Of a stretch of 64,000 nt of DNA, positions 1 to 8,934 are shown piece after piece. Position 1 is the first letter of the stretch. The number at the start of each line of letters is the position of its first letter. The position numbers were made by a program, and so were the translations under genes. Source of the stretch: an uncultured Owenweeksia sp. (GTDB taxonomy: Bacteria > Bacteroidota > Bacteroidia > Flavobacteriales > Schleiferiaceae). Location: NCBI GenBank assembly GCA_937146805.1, contig CAKZRR010000003.1:6332-70331 (forward strand), written 5' to 3'. A model generated the notes under the pieces. That model saw only the letters and a list, made by a program, of their open reading frames with translations, ran no database searches and was not told the DNA's origin.

Positions 1-33
1 TATTCGAGTTCTTAATCTCAAAAAAAACAAACC

Positions 34-681
34 ATGAAAAAAATTGTACTTGGAGCAGCAGCTCTTTTGCTTTCGTTTATTAGCTACGCACAACCAACTG
101 CGGGTAATTTAAATGTAACAGGAATATTGGCCTTTACCACCTCGGGGGGTGAAACCTCTGCTGGTGGAGTTACAGCAGACAACGCCAAAACCATGAACTT
201 CACATTCGCTCCTTCCATTGGTTATAATCTTTCGGATAATATGACGGCAGGACTTATTTTCGGTTTTGGAAGTAATAAAACCACTCAACCCGATAATGGA
301 AATGTTAGCGGGGCAGAAACTAAAAGCAGCTTTTTTGGAGCAGGTGTTTTCCTTAAGTATCATGTGCAGATGATTGAAAAATTAACCTTTTCCCCTCAGG
401 TAATTACCGGTTTCATTTCCAATAAAACTGAAAACACAAATGGAGGAACTACCGTAACCTCTCCCGAAGTAGGAACTTTTGCCTTAGGCATAATGCCAGG
501 CTTAACCTATGCCGCTTCTGAAAACTGGATGTTTGACTTTACAGCTGGATTTTTAGGTTTTACCACCTCCAATAGCAAAACACCTGGAAACCCAGGAACA
601 GAGGTGAAAACCAACAACTTTGGCTTAATGCTAAGCGGAGTAGCCATGAATATTGGCGTTACTTATAGCTTCGGTATTTAA
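34..681 (+). CDS. Outer-membrane beta-barrel (porin/OmpA-like) protein
   Basis: Signal peptide, alternating amphipathic beta-strands, terminal strand GVTYSFGI typical of small Bacteroidota barrels. Confidence 0.75.
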   Translation: MKKIVLGAAALLLSFISYAQPTAGNLNVTGILAFTTSGGETSAGGVTADNAKTMNFTFAPSIGYNLSDNMTAGLIFGFGSNKTTQPDNGNVSGAETKSSFFGAGVFLKYHVQMIEKLTFSPQVITGFISNKTENTNGGTTVTSPEVGTFALGIMPGLTYAASENWMFDFTAGFLGFTTSNSKTPGNPGTEVKTNNFGLMLSGVAMNIGVTYSFGI

Positions 682-705
682 ACCTAGGCAGTATAAATTT
701 TATAG

Positions 706-740
706 AAATACCTTACCCAAATGGGTGGGGTATTTTTTTT
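706..740 (+). terminator. Rho-independent terminator
   Basis: AAATACCTTACCCA / TGGGTGGGGTATTT stem (with G-U pairs) followed by a T-run, just after the barrel gene. Confidence 0.75.
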
Positions 741-767
741 ATATTAGTTCATCAAATACACCAACCA

Positions 768-1001
768 ATGGAACTACCACATTTTTTATTAGGAGACAAC
801 ACCGATGCCGAAAACGAAATGTTTATCATGCACACACAATACCCTAGATTTATTTGGGCTATTAATGCCGATGACGTTACTTGGCTAGATGAATTAGAGG
901 GCGAAGAAGAAGACTTGGTAAATGAAATTGCCAACTTATTGGAAACAGCCGAAGCCTTTTACGAACGTGAAATGAAACGTCACGAAGCCGAATTAATCTA
1001 A
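768..1001 (+). CDS. Small acidic conserved hypothetical protein (77 aa)
   Basis: ATG start, fills the gap between terminator and MATE; MELPHFLLGDNTD...HTQYPRF resembles a small Bacteroidota family. Confidence 0.7.
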   Translation: MELPHFLLGDNTDAENEMFIMHTQYPRFIWAINADDVTWLDELEGEEEDLVNEIANLLETAEAFYEREMKRHEAELI

Positions 1002-1009
1002 TACTTTTG
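1002..1009 (+). promoter_or_regulatory. Bacteroidota sigma-ABfr -7 box
   Basis: TACTTTTG matches TAnnTTTG, 19 nt before the MATE start. Confidence 0.55.
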
Positions 1010-1028
1010 CGAGCCGTATTTTAAGCGC

Positions 1029-2378
1029 TTGCCATTGACTTTCAAAAAACATCTACTTAAAAATTTTACCCTTGCTTGGCCTGTAATGCTTGGTCATTTG
1101 GGGCACATGCTGGTATCCTTGGCCGATAGCATTATGATTGGTCAATTGGGAACCATTCCTTTGGCGGCAGCCGCTTTTGCCAATTCTATATTTGTCATAC
1201 CCATGGTATTTGGCATTGGTATTGCCTATGGTATAACCACTAACGTGGCCAATGCCGATGGAAAAAACCAAGCCCAAAAAGCAGGTGATTTTCTTAAACA
1301 CGGTCTATTTATTAATAGTATAGCTGCCCTTCTCATTTTTATACTATTGTTAGGCGTAACACAACTTCTGCCATACCTTGGTCAGGACACGCAAGTGGTA
1401 GCCTTGTCCAAAAATTACTTTTTGCTTATTTCCAGTAGCATTTTTCCGTTTTTAGTTTACCTCAGTTTTAAGCAATTTGCCGAGGGACTTTCGGACACCA
1501 GAACTGCTATGCTTATTTCTTTAGCAGCCAATTTATTAAATGTAGCACTCAATTATGTTCTCATCTACGGCCATTGGGGTTTCCCTAAAATGGGGATTGA
1601 AGGAGCGGGAATTGCCACTTTCGTATCTCGTATTATTATGGCCATTGCTCTGGGTTGGTATTTGGTTAAAGCCAAAAAGTTTACAAAGCACCTAGGTCAC
1701 CTTTCATGGGGTAATTGGCAAAAGAAATACTTCCTAAAAATTCTAAAAATTGGTGTCCCATCTGGCCTTCAGTACATTTTCGAAATATCGGCCTTTGCAG
1801 TTTCCGCCATCATAGTAGGCATTATTAGCGCCAAAGCTTTAGCCGCACACCAAATAGCCATCAGTTTGGCATCATTAAGTTATATGGCCGCAAGCGGTTT
1901 AGGTGCCGCGGCTACCGTAAGAGTAGCCAATCAAATTGGAAAAAAAGACTACCTCGTAATGCGTAATGCCGGCAGATCAAATATGCTAATGGCAGCCGTA
2001 TTTATGCTGGTCTGTGGTTTTTTATTTTATTTCGGGAAAGATTACTTCCCTACTTGGTACACCCAAGATTTTTCAGTTCAAGAAATTGCCGCGCAATTGC
2101 TGGTAATTGCTGTGTTGTTCCAGCTATCAGATGGAGTACAAGTAGTAGCGCTTGGCGCTTTACGCGGCATGGGCGAAGTGAAAATTCCAACCTTTATAAC
2201 CTTTGTTGCTTATTGGTTACTGGGTCTTGTACCGGCTTATATTATGGGTATCCAGTTAAACTGGGGAGCTAAAGGTGTATGGTATGGATTAGCGCTAGGC
2301 CTAACCGCTGCTGCTGTTTTTCTGTATTGGCGTTTTGAGTGGAAATCAAAAAAAATGATTCATGAAAAATTGGGCTAA
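1029..2378 (+). CDS. MATE family efflux transporter (NorM-like)
   Basis: About 12 TM segments, AWPVMLGHLGHML..D.IMIGQLG, RVANQIG and QLSDGVQVVALGALRGMG motifs; TTG start. Confidence 0.92.
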   Translation: MPLTFKKHLLKNFTLAWPVMLGHLGHMLVSLADSIMIGQLGTIPLAAAAFANSIFVIPMVFGIGIAYGITTNVANADGKNQAQKAGDFLKHGLFINSIAALLIFILLLGVTQLLPYLGQDTQVVALSKNYFLLISSSIFPFLVYLSFKQFAEGLSDTRTAMLISLAANLLNVALNYVLIYGHWGFPKMGIEGAGIATFVSRIIMAIALGWYLVKAKKFTKHLGHLSWGNWQKKYFLKILKIGVPSGLQYIFEISAFAVSAIIVGIISAKALAAHQIAISLASLSYMAASGLGAAATVRVANQIGKKDYLVMRNAGRSNMLMAAVFMLVCGFLFYFGKDYFPTWYTQDFSVQEIAAQLLVIAVLFQLSDGVQVVALGALRGMGEVKIPTFITFVAYWLLGLVPAYIMGIQLNWGAKGVWYGLALGLTAAAVFLYWRFEWKSKKMIHEKLG

Positions 2379-2868
2379 ATGGCTCATAGCCCTTCCCTTG
2401 CTCTATTTTATGGCCCCAGTAACCATAGAAACGGCCGTGCTACCCATCACGCTGCAAACGCTTATCCTTTTTTCCTTGGCGGGATGGCTTGGTGGATTAC
2501 AAGGTTTTCTAATGTCCGCAATATATTTAGCTACCGGAGCAATGGGAGCGCCTATATTCGCGGACCACACGCATGGTTGGCAGAAAATGACAGGCCACAC
2601 GGCAGGATTCCTTTGGGCATTTCCGCTGGGCTGTTTAGCAATAGGTTACTGGTGCAAATACTATAAGCAACAATGGCTTTGGCTTATAGTCGGTTTTTCA
2701 CTTTGTCATTGCCTTATTTTTATTCCAGGTTTTTGGATACTCAAAGTACAAATTCCCCAATTTAAAATTGTTCCTGCCCTACTTGACCTCATTCCCGCAC
2801 TTCTTGTTAAATCTCTTATTGGCGGTACCTTCCTTTTTCTCACTCATAAATTAAGCTTTAATAAGTAG
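2362..2868 (+). CDS. bioY: Biotin transporter BioY (ECF S-component)
   Basis: PITLQTL...G...G...YLA.GA.GAPIFA....G....GHTAGFLWAFP signature; overlaps the MATE stop by 17 nt. Confidence 0.85.
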   Translation: MKNWAKWLIALPLLYFMAPVTIETAVLPITLQTLILFSLAGWLGGLQGFLMSAIYLATGAMGAPIFADHTHGWQKMTGHTAGFLWAFPLGCLAIGYWCKYYKQQWLWLIVGFSLCHCLIFIPGFWILKVQIPQFKIVPALLDLIPALLVKSLIGGTFLFLTHKLSFNK

Positions 2869-2893
2869 ATTCGTTGCTTGGCTAAAAGGCACT

Positions 2894-3970
2894 ATGGCGC
2901 TAAAAATTCTTTTCATATCACGAGCAACTTTGTTTAACCAACCTGGTGGAGATACTGTACAGGTTGAACAAACAGCCGCTTACCTGGAAAAGCTAGGCCA
3001 CCAAGTACATATTCAAACTGGAGCTAAACCAAACCGCAAAGGGCCGTTTGACATAGTCCATTTTTTTAACCTTATTAGACCCGCTGATGCGCGTTACTGG
3101 CTCCTAAGAAAAGTACCTTTTATAATAAGTAGCATTTACCACGACTATAGTGAATTTGATCAAAAACAACGAAAAGGTTTAGCCCATTTATTATTCAGCC
3201 TTTTTGGAAAAATGGGAGTTGAATACTTTAAAACCATCGCTCGCTGGCTCAATAAAACAGACCAATTTCCAGGAATCAGATACCTTGTTAAAGGCCAAAA
3301 GCGCAGTATGCAAGAGTTGTTAGTAAAAGCCCAAGCGCTTGTTACTACCTCGCAGCAAGAAATCAATCTTATTAAAAATGACCTAGGTTATGTACCCCAT
3401 TGCCACATAATTCCGCTTGGCTCAGAGCACATGACTCCGCCAATAGATGCTCTCGAAAAACAAGGAGTATTTTGTGCCGCTCGCATTGAAGGTGCTAAAA
3501 ATCAGCTACAGCTCATACATGCTGTACAAAGTACCTCACTAACCCTACGCCTAAGCGGTAATGCAGCTACCAACCAAAGTGAATACTACGAACGGTGTAA
3601 AACAGCGGCTTCTAAAAGTGTAACCTTCTTAGGTAGGATTGATAAAGTAGCATTGCAAAACGAATTTGCCAAAGCCAAAACACATGCCCTTATTAGTTAC
3701 TACGAAACCACCGGTCTCTCTACACTGGAAGCCCTAGCTAATGGCTGTCAAGTAGTTATTACCAATCGTGGTGCTCAACCCGAAATATTTGGCGAGCATG
3801 CTTTTTACTGCGACCCCGAAAATATTAATACTATTAAAGAAGCACTTTTAAAAGCCAATGAAAGTAATATTTCGCATCAAAATTGGGTAAAAGAAAACTT
3901 TAGCTGGGTTAAGGCCACTCATAAAATTTCGGATATTTACAAGCAGCTTTTAAACGAACCAAACAAGTGA
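2894..3970 (+). CDS. Glycosyltransferase family 4
   Basis: GT-B fold motifs: GGDTVQV, ARIEGAKNQ, E-x7-E (ETTGLSTLE). Confidence 0.9.
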   Translation: MALKILFISRATLFNQPGGDTVQVEQTAAYLEKLGHQVHIQTGAKPNRKGPFDIVHFFNLIRPADARYWLLRKVPFIISSIYHDYSEFDQKQRKGLAHLLFSLFGKMGVEYFKTIARWLNKTDQFPGIRYLVKGQKRSMQELLVKAQALVTTSQQEINLIKNDLGYVPHCHIIPLGSEHMTPPIDALEKQGVFCAARIEGAKNQLQLIHAVQSTSLTLRLSGNAATNQSEYYERCKTAASKSVTFLGRIDKVALQNEFAKAKTHALISYYETTGLSTLEALANGCQVVITNRGAQPEIFGEHAFYCDPENINTIKEALLKANESNISHQNWVKENFSWVKATHKISDIYKQLLNEPNK

Positions 3971-5055
3971 GAATAGGGATTATAGGCACCCGTGGAATTC
4001 CGAATTATTACGGAGGATTTGAAGAATGTGCCCAGCAATTGGCGGTGCGCTTGGTGGGCAAAGGTCATAAGGTTTGGGTGTACAATTCGCATCTTCATCC
4101 TTATTCGCAAAAATCGTTTGAAGGCGTTGAAATCATTCACAAATACGACCCCGAACATAAGGTAGGTACCTTCGGCCAGTTTGTTTACGACCTCAACTGT
4201 ATTATTGATTCGCGCTGGCGTAGGTTTGATATTATTTTAATGCTGGGCTATACCTCCAGCAGCATTTGGCAACGATTTTTACCTAGCAAACCTGTGGTAA
4301 TAACTAACATGGATGGCATGGAGTGGAGACGTAGCAAATACAGCCCAAAAGTGCAGCAGTTTTTACGAAGAGCCGAAAAGTGGGCTGCTAAGGGCAGTAG
4401 CCTACTAATTGCAGATTCTAAAGTGATTGAGGAACACCTTAACAGATTGTACAAAACTCAAATTATACACATTGCCTACGGGGCTCAAAAATTTAAGAAC
4501 CCTGATGAAGAAGTGTTGCAAAAATTTGGGGTAGAACCTTATAGCTACAATTTAGTAATTGCTAGGCTAGAGCCCGAAAACAATATTGAGTTGGTATTGG
4601 CTGGTATTCAAAAAAGTCAAAGCCAACGGGTAACATTAGTGGTAGGTAATCATGAAACCGAGTACGGTCAATATCTTAAAAATACATACCGGGACAGCCG
4701 TATTCGATTTATTAAAGGTATTTACAACAAATTACACATTACCAACTTGCGTTACTATTGCCACGTGTTTTTTCATGGGCACAGCGTGGGTGGCACCAAT
4801 CCCAGTTTACTGGAGGCAATGGCTTGTAGCAGTATGATTTGCGCGCATGACAACCCCTTTAACCGAGAGGTTTTAGGTGACAATGCTACCTACTTTTTAG
4901 ATTTAAATGATATTGCCAATGCGGCCGATCTAATGGAGCGAAATTCCATTCAAAAAGAAAAAATAAAAGCGAATCTTCAAAAAATTAAGGACACCTATAA
5001 TTGGGATTTGGTAACCGATCAATACGAATTGGTATTTCAACAGGCGCTTATCTAA
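3967..5055 (+). CDS. GT4 glycosyltransferase with DUF1972 (Cps2T/WchF-like)
   Basis: IGTRGIPNYYGGFE, NMDGMEW, ARLEPENN, HGHSVGGTNPSLLEAM; GTGA overlap with the upstream gene. Confidence 0.9.
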   Translation: MRIGIIGTRGIPNYYGGFEECAQQLAVRLVGKGHKVWVYNSHLHPYSQKSFEGVEIIHKYDPEHKVGTFGQFVYDLNCIIDSRWRRFDIILMLGYTSSSIWQRFLPSKPVVITNMDGMEWRRSKYSPKVQQFLRRAEKWAAKGSSLLIADSKVIEEHLNRLYKTQIIHIAYGAQKFKNPDEEVLQKFGVEPYSYNLVIARLEPENNIELVLAGIQKSQSQRVTLVVGNHETEYGQYLKNTYRDSRIRFIKGIYNKLHITNLRYYCHVFFHGHSVGGTNPSLLEAMACSSMICAHDNPFNREVLGDNATYFLDLNDIANAADLMERNSIQKEKIKANLQKIKDTYNWDLVTDQYELVFQQALI

Positions 5056-6440
5056 GCTTCGCTTTTAAACCCCTTAAATACCTGAAAAACGGTAAGCATT
5101 ACAATTTTTAAATCTAGAAGCAAGGACCAATTTTCAATGTAATAGACATCGGCTTGCACCCTTTTCAGCATTTGTTCGGTGGTACCTGTTTCTCCTCGGT
5201 AGCCTTTAATCTGTGCTAAACCTGTAATACCAGGCTTGGCCAAATGGCGCACCATATATTCATTTACCAAAACACGGTACTGCTCAGTATGTGCTAGCAT
5301 GTGGGGTCTGGGTCCAATTACCGACATATCTCCCTTTAAGACATTAAAAAATTGTGGTAATTCATCTAAACTGTGTTTGCGGATAAACCTACCAAAAGCC
5401 GTAATCCTGTTATCTAAATTAGTTGCTTGCTTTAAATCGGCCTCAGCATTTAACATCATGCTTCTAAACTTGTAAATGCTAAAACCATCATCTCGTAGGC
5501 CACTTCTTTTTTGTTTGAAAAATACCGGACCTTTGCCCGATAATTTTACACCCAAGGCCAGCAAAGGAAATAAGATGGGAAACAGAAAAACAATTATGGA
5601 TAGTGAAAAAATAACATCAATCCCTCTTTTTAACCAGCGATTATGCAATAATTCCAGAGGTTCTTTTCGCTGCACCAAAATGGGCACATCATGGTGATAA
5701 TCAATGGCTACGCTAGTAGCGTGATGTACGCCTAAATCAGGTACTATTCTAAAACGTAGCATATTTTCATCTGCAAATTTATACCACTCCGAAAAATTCT
5801 TCTCGCGCTCAGCATAAGCACAAAACAACTCTGCTACCTTATTATCTACTATAAAATTAGCTGCTTCTTTTTCACTTCCCTTTAAGGGAATACCAACAAT
5901 CGGGTTATTTGAAAAATAACCAACCACTCGTAACCCAAACTCGGGATGATCCAACACCGACTGATAAAATGGCACCAAAGCGGGTCCGTTTCCTATTAAA
6001 ACCACCGACCTAAAATTGGTGCCTCGCCTACGGGCGGCTATTAAAAAACGTAAAAAATAAAAACGCCAAGGCAATATGGTAACAAAAAAGCTCGCATAAA
6101 AGTAAATAAGAAAAAGGCGAGAATACTCGTCCTTTTTAAGGCTTACGAGCAAAAGCAGTAAAATAAAAAAATGCAGACTAAAGGCATTCAAAACCTTGGC
6201 GGTTGCCTTTCGAGGCACCAAAGTTCTTTTGGTATCGTAGGTTTTAAAAAGCAGCGATAAAAAAAGCCATGAGATGTTAAAGAAAACCGCCAACTGTACG
6301 TAATAATCGTAATACTGAGTATTTTGAAGTTTAATCTCATCAAAACGAAACGCCAACGCAAGCAAAAAGCTGCCATTTAGCAATAGCAAATCGCCTAGCA
6401 CAATAATAAATTGAAAAAACCGAGCGTAGCGTGAGTGCAT
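5052..6440 (-). CDS. wcaJ: Undecaprenyl-phosphate glucose phosphotransferase (priming transferase)
   Basis: N-terminal TMs, CoA-binding-like domain, Bac_transf motifs KFRSM, SLDELPQFFNV, GDMSVIGPRP, KPGITGLAQ. Confidence 0.88.
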   Translation of the reverse strand: MHSRYARFFQFIIVLGDLLLLNGSFLLALAFRFDEIKLQNTQYYDYYVQLAVFFNISWLFLSLLFKTYDTKRTLVPRKATAKVLNAFSLHFFILLLLLVSLKKDEYSRLFLIYFYASFFVTILPWRFYFLRFLIAARRRGTNFRSVVLIGNGPALVPFYQSVLDHPEFGLRVVGYFSNNPIVGIPLKGSEKEAANFIVDNKVAELFCAYAEREKNFSEWYKFADENMLRFRIVPDLGVHHATSVAIDYHHDVPILVQRKEPLELLHNRWLKRGIDVIFSLSIIVFLFPILFPLLALGVKLSGKGPVFFKQKRSGLRDDGFSIYKFRSMMLNAEADLKQATNLDNRITAFGRFIRKHSLDELPQFFNVLKGDMSVIGPRPHMLAHTEQYRVLVNEYMVRHLAKPGITGLAQIKGYRGETGTTEQMLKRVQADVYYIENWSLLLDLKIVMLTVFQVFKGFKSEA

Positions 6441-8830
6441 TAATTAAGACTTAAATTAAAAGTTCTATTCACTTTTCGTTTATCAAACTCATTCCAGCTT
6501 TCTTTGTTCTCCCCAATATAATCATCCAGCCATTTTTGTCTCTCAGGTACTTTATAATAGTGCTTAAGTCGGGCGGCAGCCTTGTTGCTTAACTTTCGGT
6601 TTAAATTAAATAAGGCATCAAAATAATGTACTGCCATATCCTTGTCAAAATAATCCAAGGCCATTAGGGCATCCATTGCATTATTTCTCGTCATAAAATC
6701 ATAACTCACCGAAGTATAGTTTTTTAAAGCATTTAAGGCCTCAACATCTTTTAAATACGCCAATCGGTACAACAAAACAAGTACGCGCATTTCGTTTCCC
6801 GGAAAACCAGGATTAGCATAAATTTCTTTGTTTAAAAGTAACTCTTTTACATCTGTATTTTCAATCGCCAATAACTTTTGAAAAACGCCAATACGTAGTT
6901 CATAGGATTTGGCATTAAACAAATCAAATAGCGCTTCATAGTGTTCCTTGGTTGGCTTATCTAGCATCTTAACTGCCTCTTTTTGCAAAGCCACATCTCC
7001 ACTTTTAAGCGCCTGTAACATCCAATAATTGGCATTTTCGGCATCCTGCTTCAACAATTGAAGCAAGGCCAAAGCTCGCACAGAATAAAACTCCTTTGAA
7101 TTATTGAAAGCTGTTTCCAACGATTCTTTTTTCTCAGCCAACTCCTCGCTTTTAAGGTTCTGCAAAGCCTCGTATCTATCTAAAACACCGACACTCCTCT
7201 CAAACTGAGCCTGCCACATTTCAATGGATTTAATTTGCTCAATATGAGCCAATAAATTTTTCCCATCATCAAAATTCCAGTACGCCAATTTTCTACCCTT
7301 GGGTAAGTCCAAATGCAGCGTATCGTTACTTTTTTTAAAATTTACAACCCGCAACTCAGGCTCACCTTTTGTAAAACCCAACAATACCTTTGCTTCAAAA
7401 CTAAAGTTATGATTCATATTATCAGACTGTTGCACATAAAGTTTCAAACTCTTTTTAGTATGTTCTAACTCTAGTACCTTTAACGTTGGCTCCACTCCCA
7501 CTTGCACCCATTGGGCAAAAAAGTCACTAAAATCTTTACCCGTAACTTCCTGTATAGCAATCCGCAATGAATCGGTGGTCACCAAGCCATGTGCATGTTT
7601 GTTTAGGTAATGCTGCATGCTTTTTTTAAACTCTTCCTCACTTAACTGTTGCTGCAATTGATGCACTACCCAAGCTCCTTTTTGATAAAAACGATTAGAG
7701 CCCGCCTTGCCATTTCCTAGCGGAATACTGTCCCTTTTAGAGGAATCAAAAACCAATTGTGCCGCCTTATAGCGCTCCCAATCCAAGAAATCTTTGCCGT
7801 ATAAATTTCCTTCTGACAACCACTGATAGTACGTTGCAAAACCCTCGTGTAACCAATGATGCTCGCTGCCTGTGGCAGTAACTAAATTGCCAAACCATTG
7901 ATGGGCAAGCTCATGCGCATTTACATAAGTATAATTTCTATCGGCAAAAGCAGCTTCATCAACCAAAAAGAAATCTCCAAAAATAGTAGCACCTGTGTTC
8001 TCCATGGCGCCATGCTGAAAATCCATAACGGGCACTTGCTTATAATCATTTCCCCAAGGGTAAGGCACCCCAATTTCAGTTTCTAAAAAGTTAAAGATCT
8101 CTTCATTACTACGGTAGTACCAATCGTAGTATCTACCGCGCTCGGGATAATAGTATTGAGATAAATTTATTTGGCTCGTACTCTTTGTTTTCTTCCATTC
8201 ATAATCTCCAACGGCCAGCATCATTAGGTAACTAGAGTGCGGCTTCTCCATTCTATAATGCCAAGTCATTTGATCTTGATTGTAACCATTTATGTATTTG
8301 CGAAACAACTCACCGTTCGAAATCACTTCGTATTTTTTGTCAAACGAGATAATCATTTCCGTTATTAGCTTATCAGTTTGATCGTCATTATGCGGTACCC
8401 AATGGCGGTGATCAATTCCCTGCCCTTGCGTCCAAATTTGCTTTTTAGCTTTGTTTTGTTCGTCATTCCATCCTGTAAAAAACAAACCTTTTCGTGGTGT
8501 ACAGGTGTAATCAATATTTATCCTGTTTTCGGCTTTTACAGTTCCTTTATCAGGAAAAATCCAAATACCTTTATCGTTACTTCCGAAACGAGCTAGTTGC
8601 CCGTTAAACTGTACTAATTGGTACTCCATACGTATGCCGTTTAAAAAAATACTATCTAGCTTATCGGCTTCGTTAGGATTTTTCATTTTAAAGGTAAGGC
8701 CTACTTCTCCCATTACCTTCTGCTCCATAACCTCAAACTTTAAGGCTACCGACAGATGCGTATAATCTAAGGACTGAGCCCAACCCGAAATCGCAAAAAC
8801 TACTCCTGTAATTACACCAAAAATTTTCAT
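6440..8830 (-). CDS. M1 family aminopeptidase with C-terminal HEAT-like repeats
   Basis: GAMEN exopeptidase motif, HELAHQW-x18-E zinc motif, YQKGA; signal peptide. Confidence 0.92.
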   Translation of the reverse strand: MKIFGVITGVVFAISGWAQSLDYTHLSVALKFEVMEQKVMGEVGLTFKMKNPNEADKLDSIFLNGIRMEYQLVQFNGQLARFGSNDKGIWIFPDKGTVKAENRINIDYTCTPRKGLFFTGWNDEQNKAKKQIWTQGQGIDHRHWVPHNDDQTDKLITEMIISFDKKYEVISNGELFRKYINGYNQDQMTWHYRMEKPHSSYLMMLAVGDYEWKKTKSTSQINLSQYYYPERGRYYDWYYRSNEEIFNFLETEIGVPYPWGNDYKQVPVMDFQHGAMENTGATIFGDFFLVDEAAFADRNYTYVNAHELAHQWFGNLVTATGSEHHWLHEGFATYYQWLSEGNLYGKDFLDWERYKAAQLVFDSSKRDSIPLGNGKAGSNRFYQKGAWVVHQLQQQLSEEEFKKSMQHYLNKHAHGLVTTDSLRIAIQEVTGKDFSDFFAQWVQVGVEPTLKVLELEHTKKSLKLYVQQSDNMNHNFSFEAKVLLGFTKGEPELRVVNFKKSNDTLHLDLPKGRKLAYWNFDDGKNLLAHIEQIKSIEMWQAQFERSVGVLDRYEALQNLKSEELAEKKESLETAFNNSKEFYSVRALALLQLLKQDAENANYWMLQALKSGDVALQKEAVKMLDKPTKEHYEALFDLFNAKSYELRIGVFQKLLAIENTDVKELLLNKEIYANPGFPGNEMRVLVLLYRLAYLKDVEALNALKNYTSVSYDFMTRNNAMDALMALDYFDKDMAVHYFDALFNLNRKLSNKAAARLKHYYKVPERQKWLDDYIGENKESWNEFDKRKVNRTFNLSLN

Positions 8831-8917
8831 GCGATAAAAATAGAATAATCCATTACTACGCTGTCAAATTTGTGCGGAACTTATTGCCTTTTGGTCAAAG
8901 TTATTGCTGGGGTATTT

Positions 8918-8925
8918 TACTTTTG
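8918..8925 (+). promoter_or_regulatory. -7 promoter box for recG
   Basis: TACTTTTG 9 nt before ATG 8935, which supports that start over GTG 8872. Confidence 0.55.
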
Positions 8926-8934
8926 ATTTTTAGA

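Noticed and set aside
8872-8934. Longer ORF-track starts for recG, wzt, the second GT2, the aminotransferase, the thioredoxin and nrnA
   Set aside because: Each overlaps a neighbouring gene or a -7 promoter box, and family similarity begins at the downstream ATG
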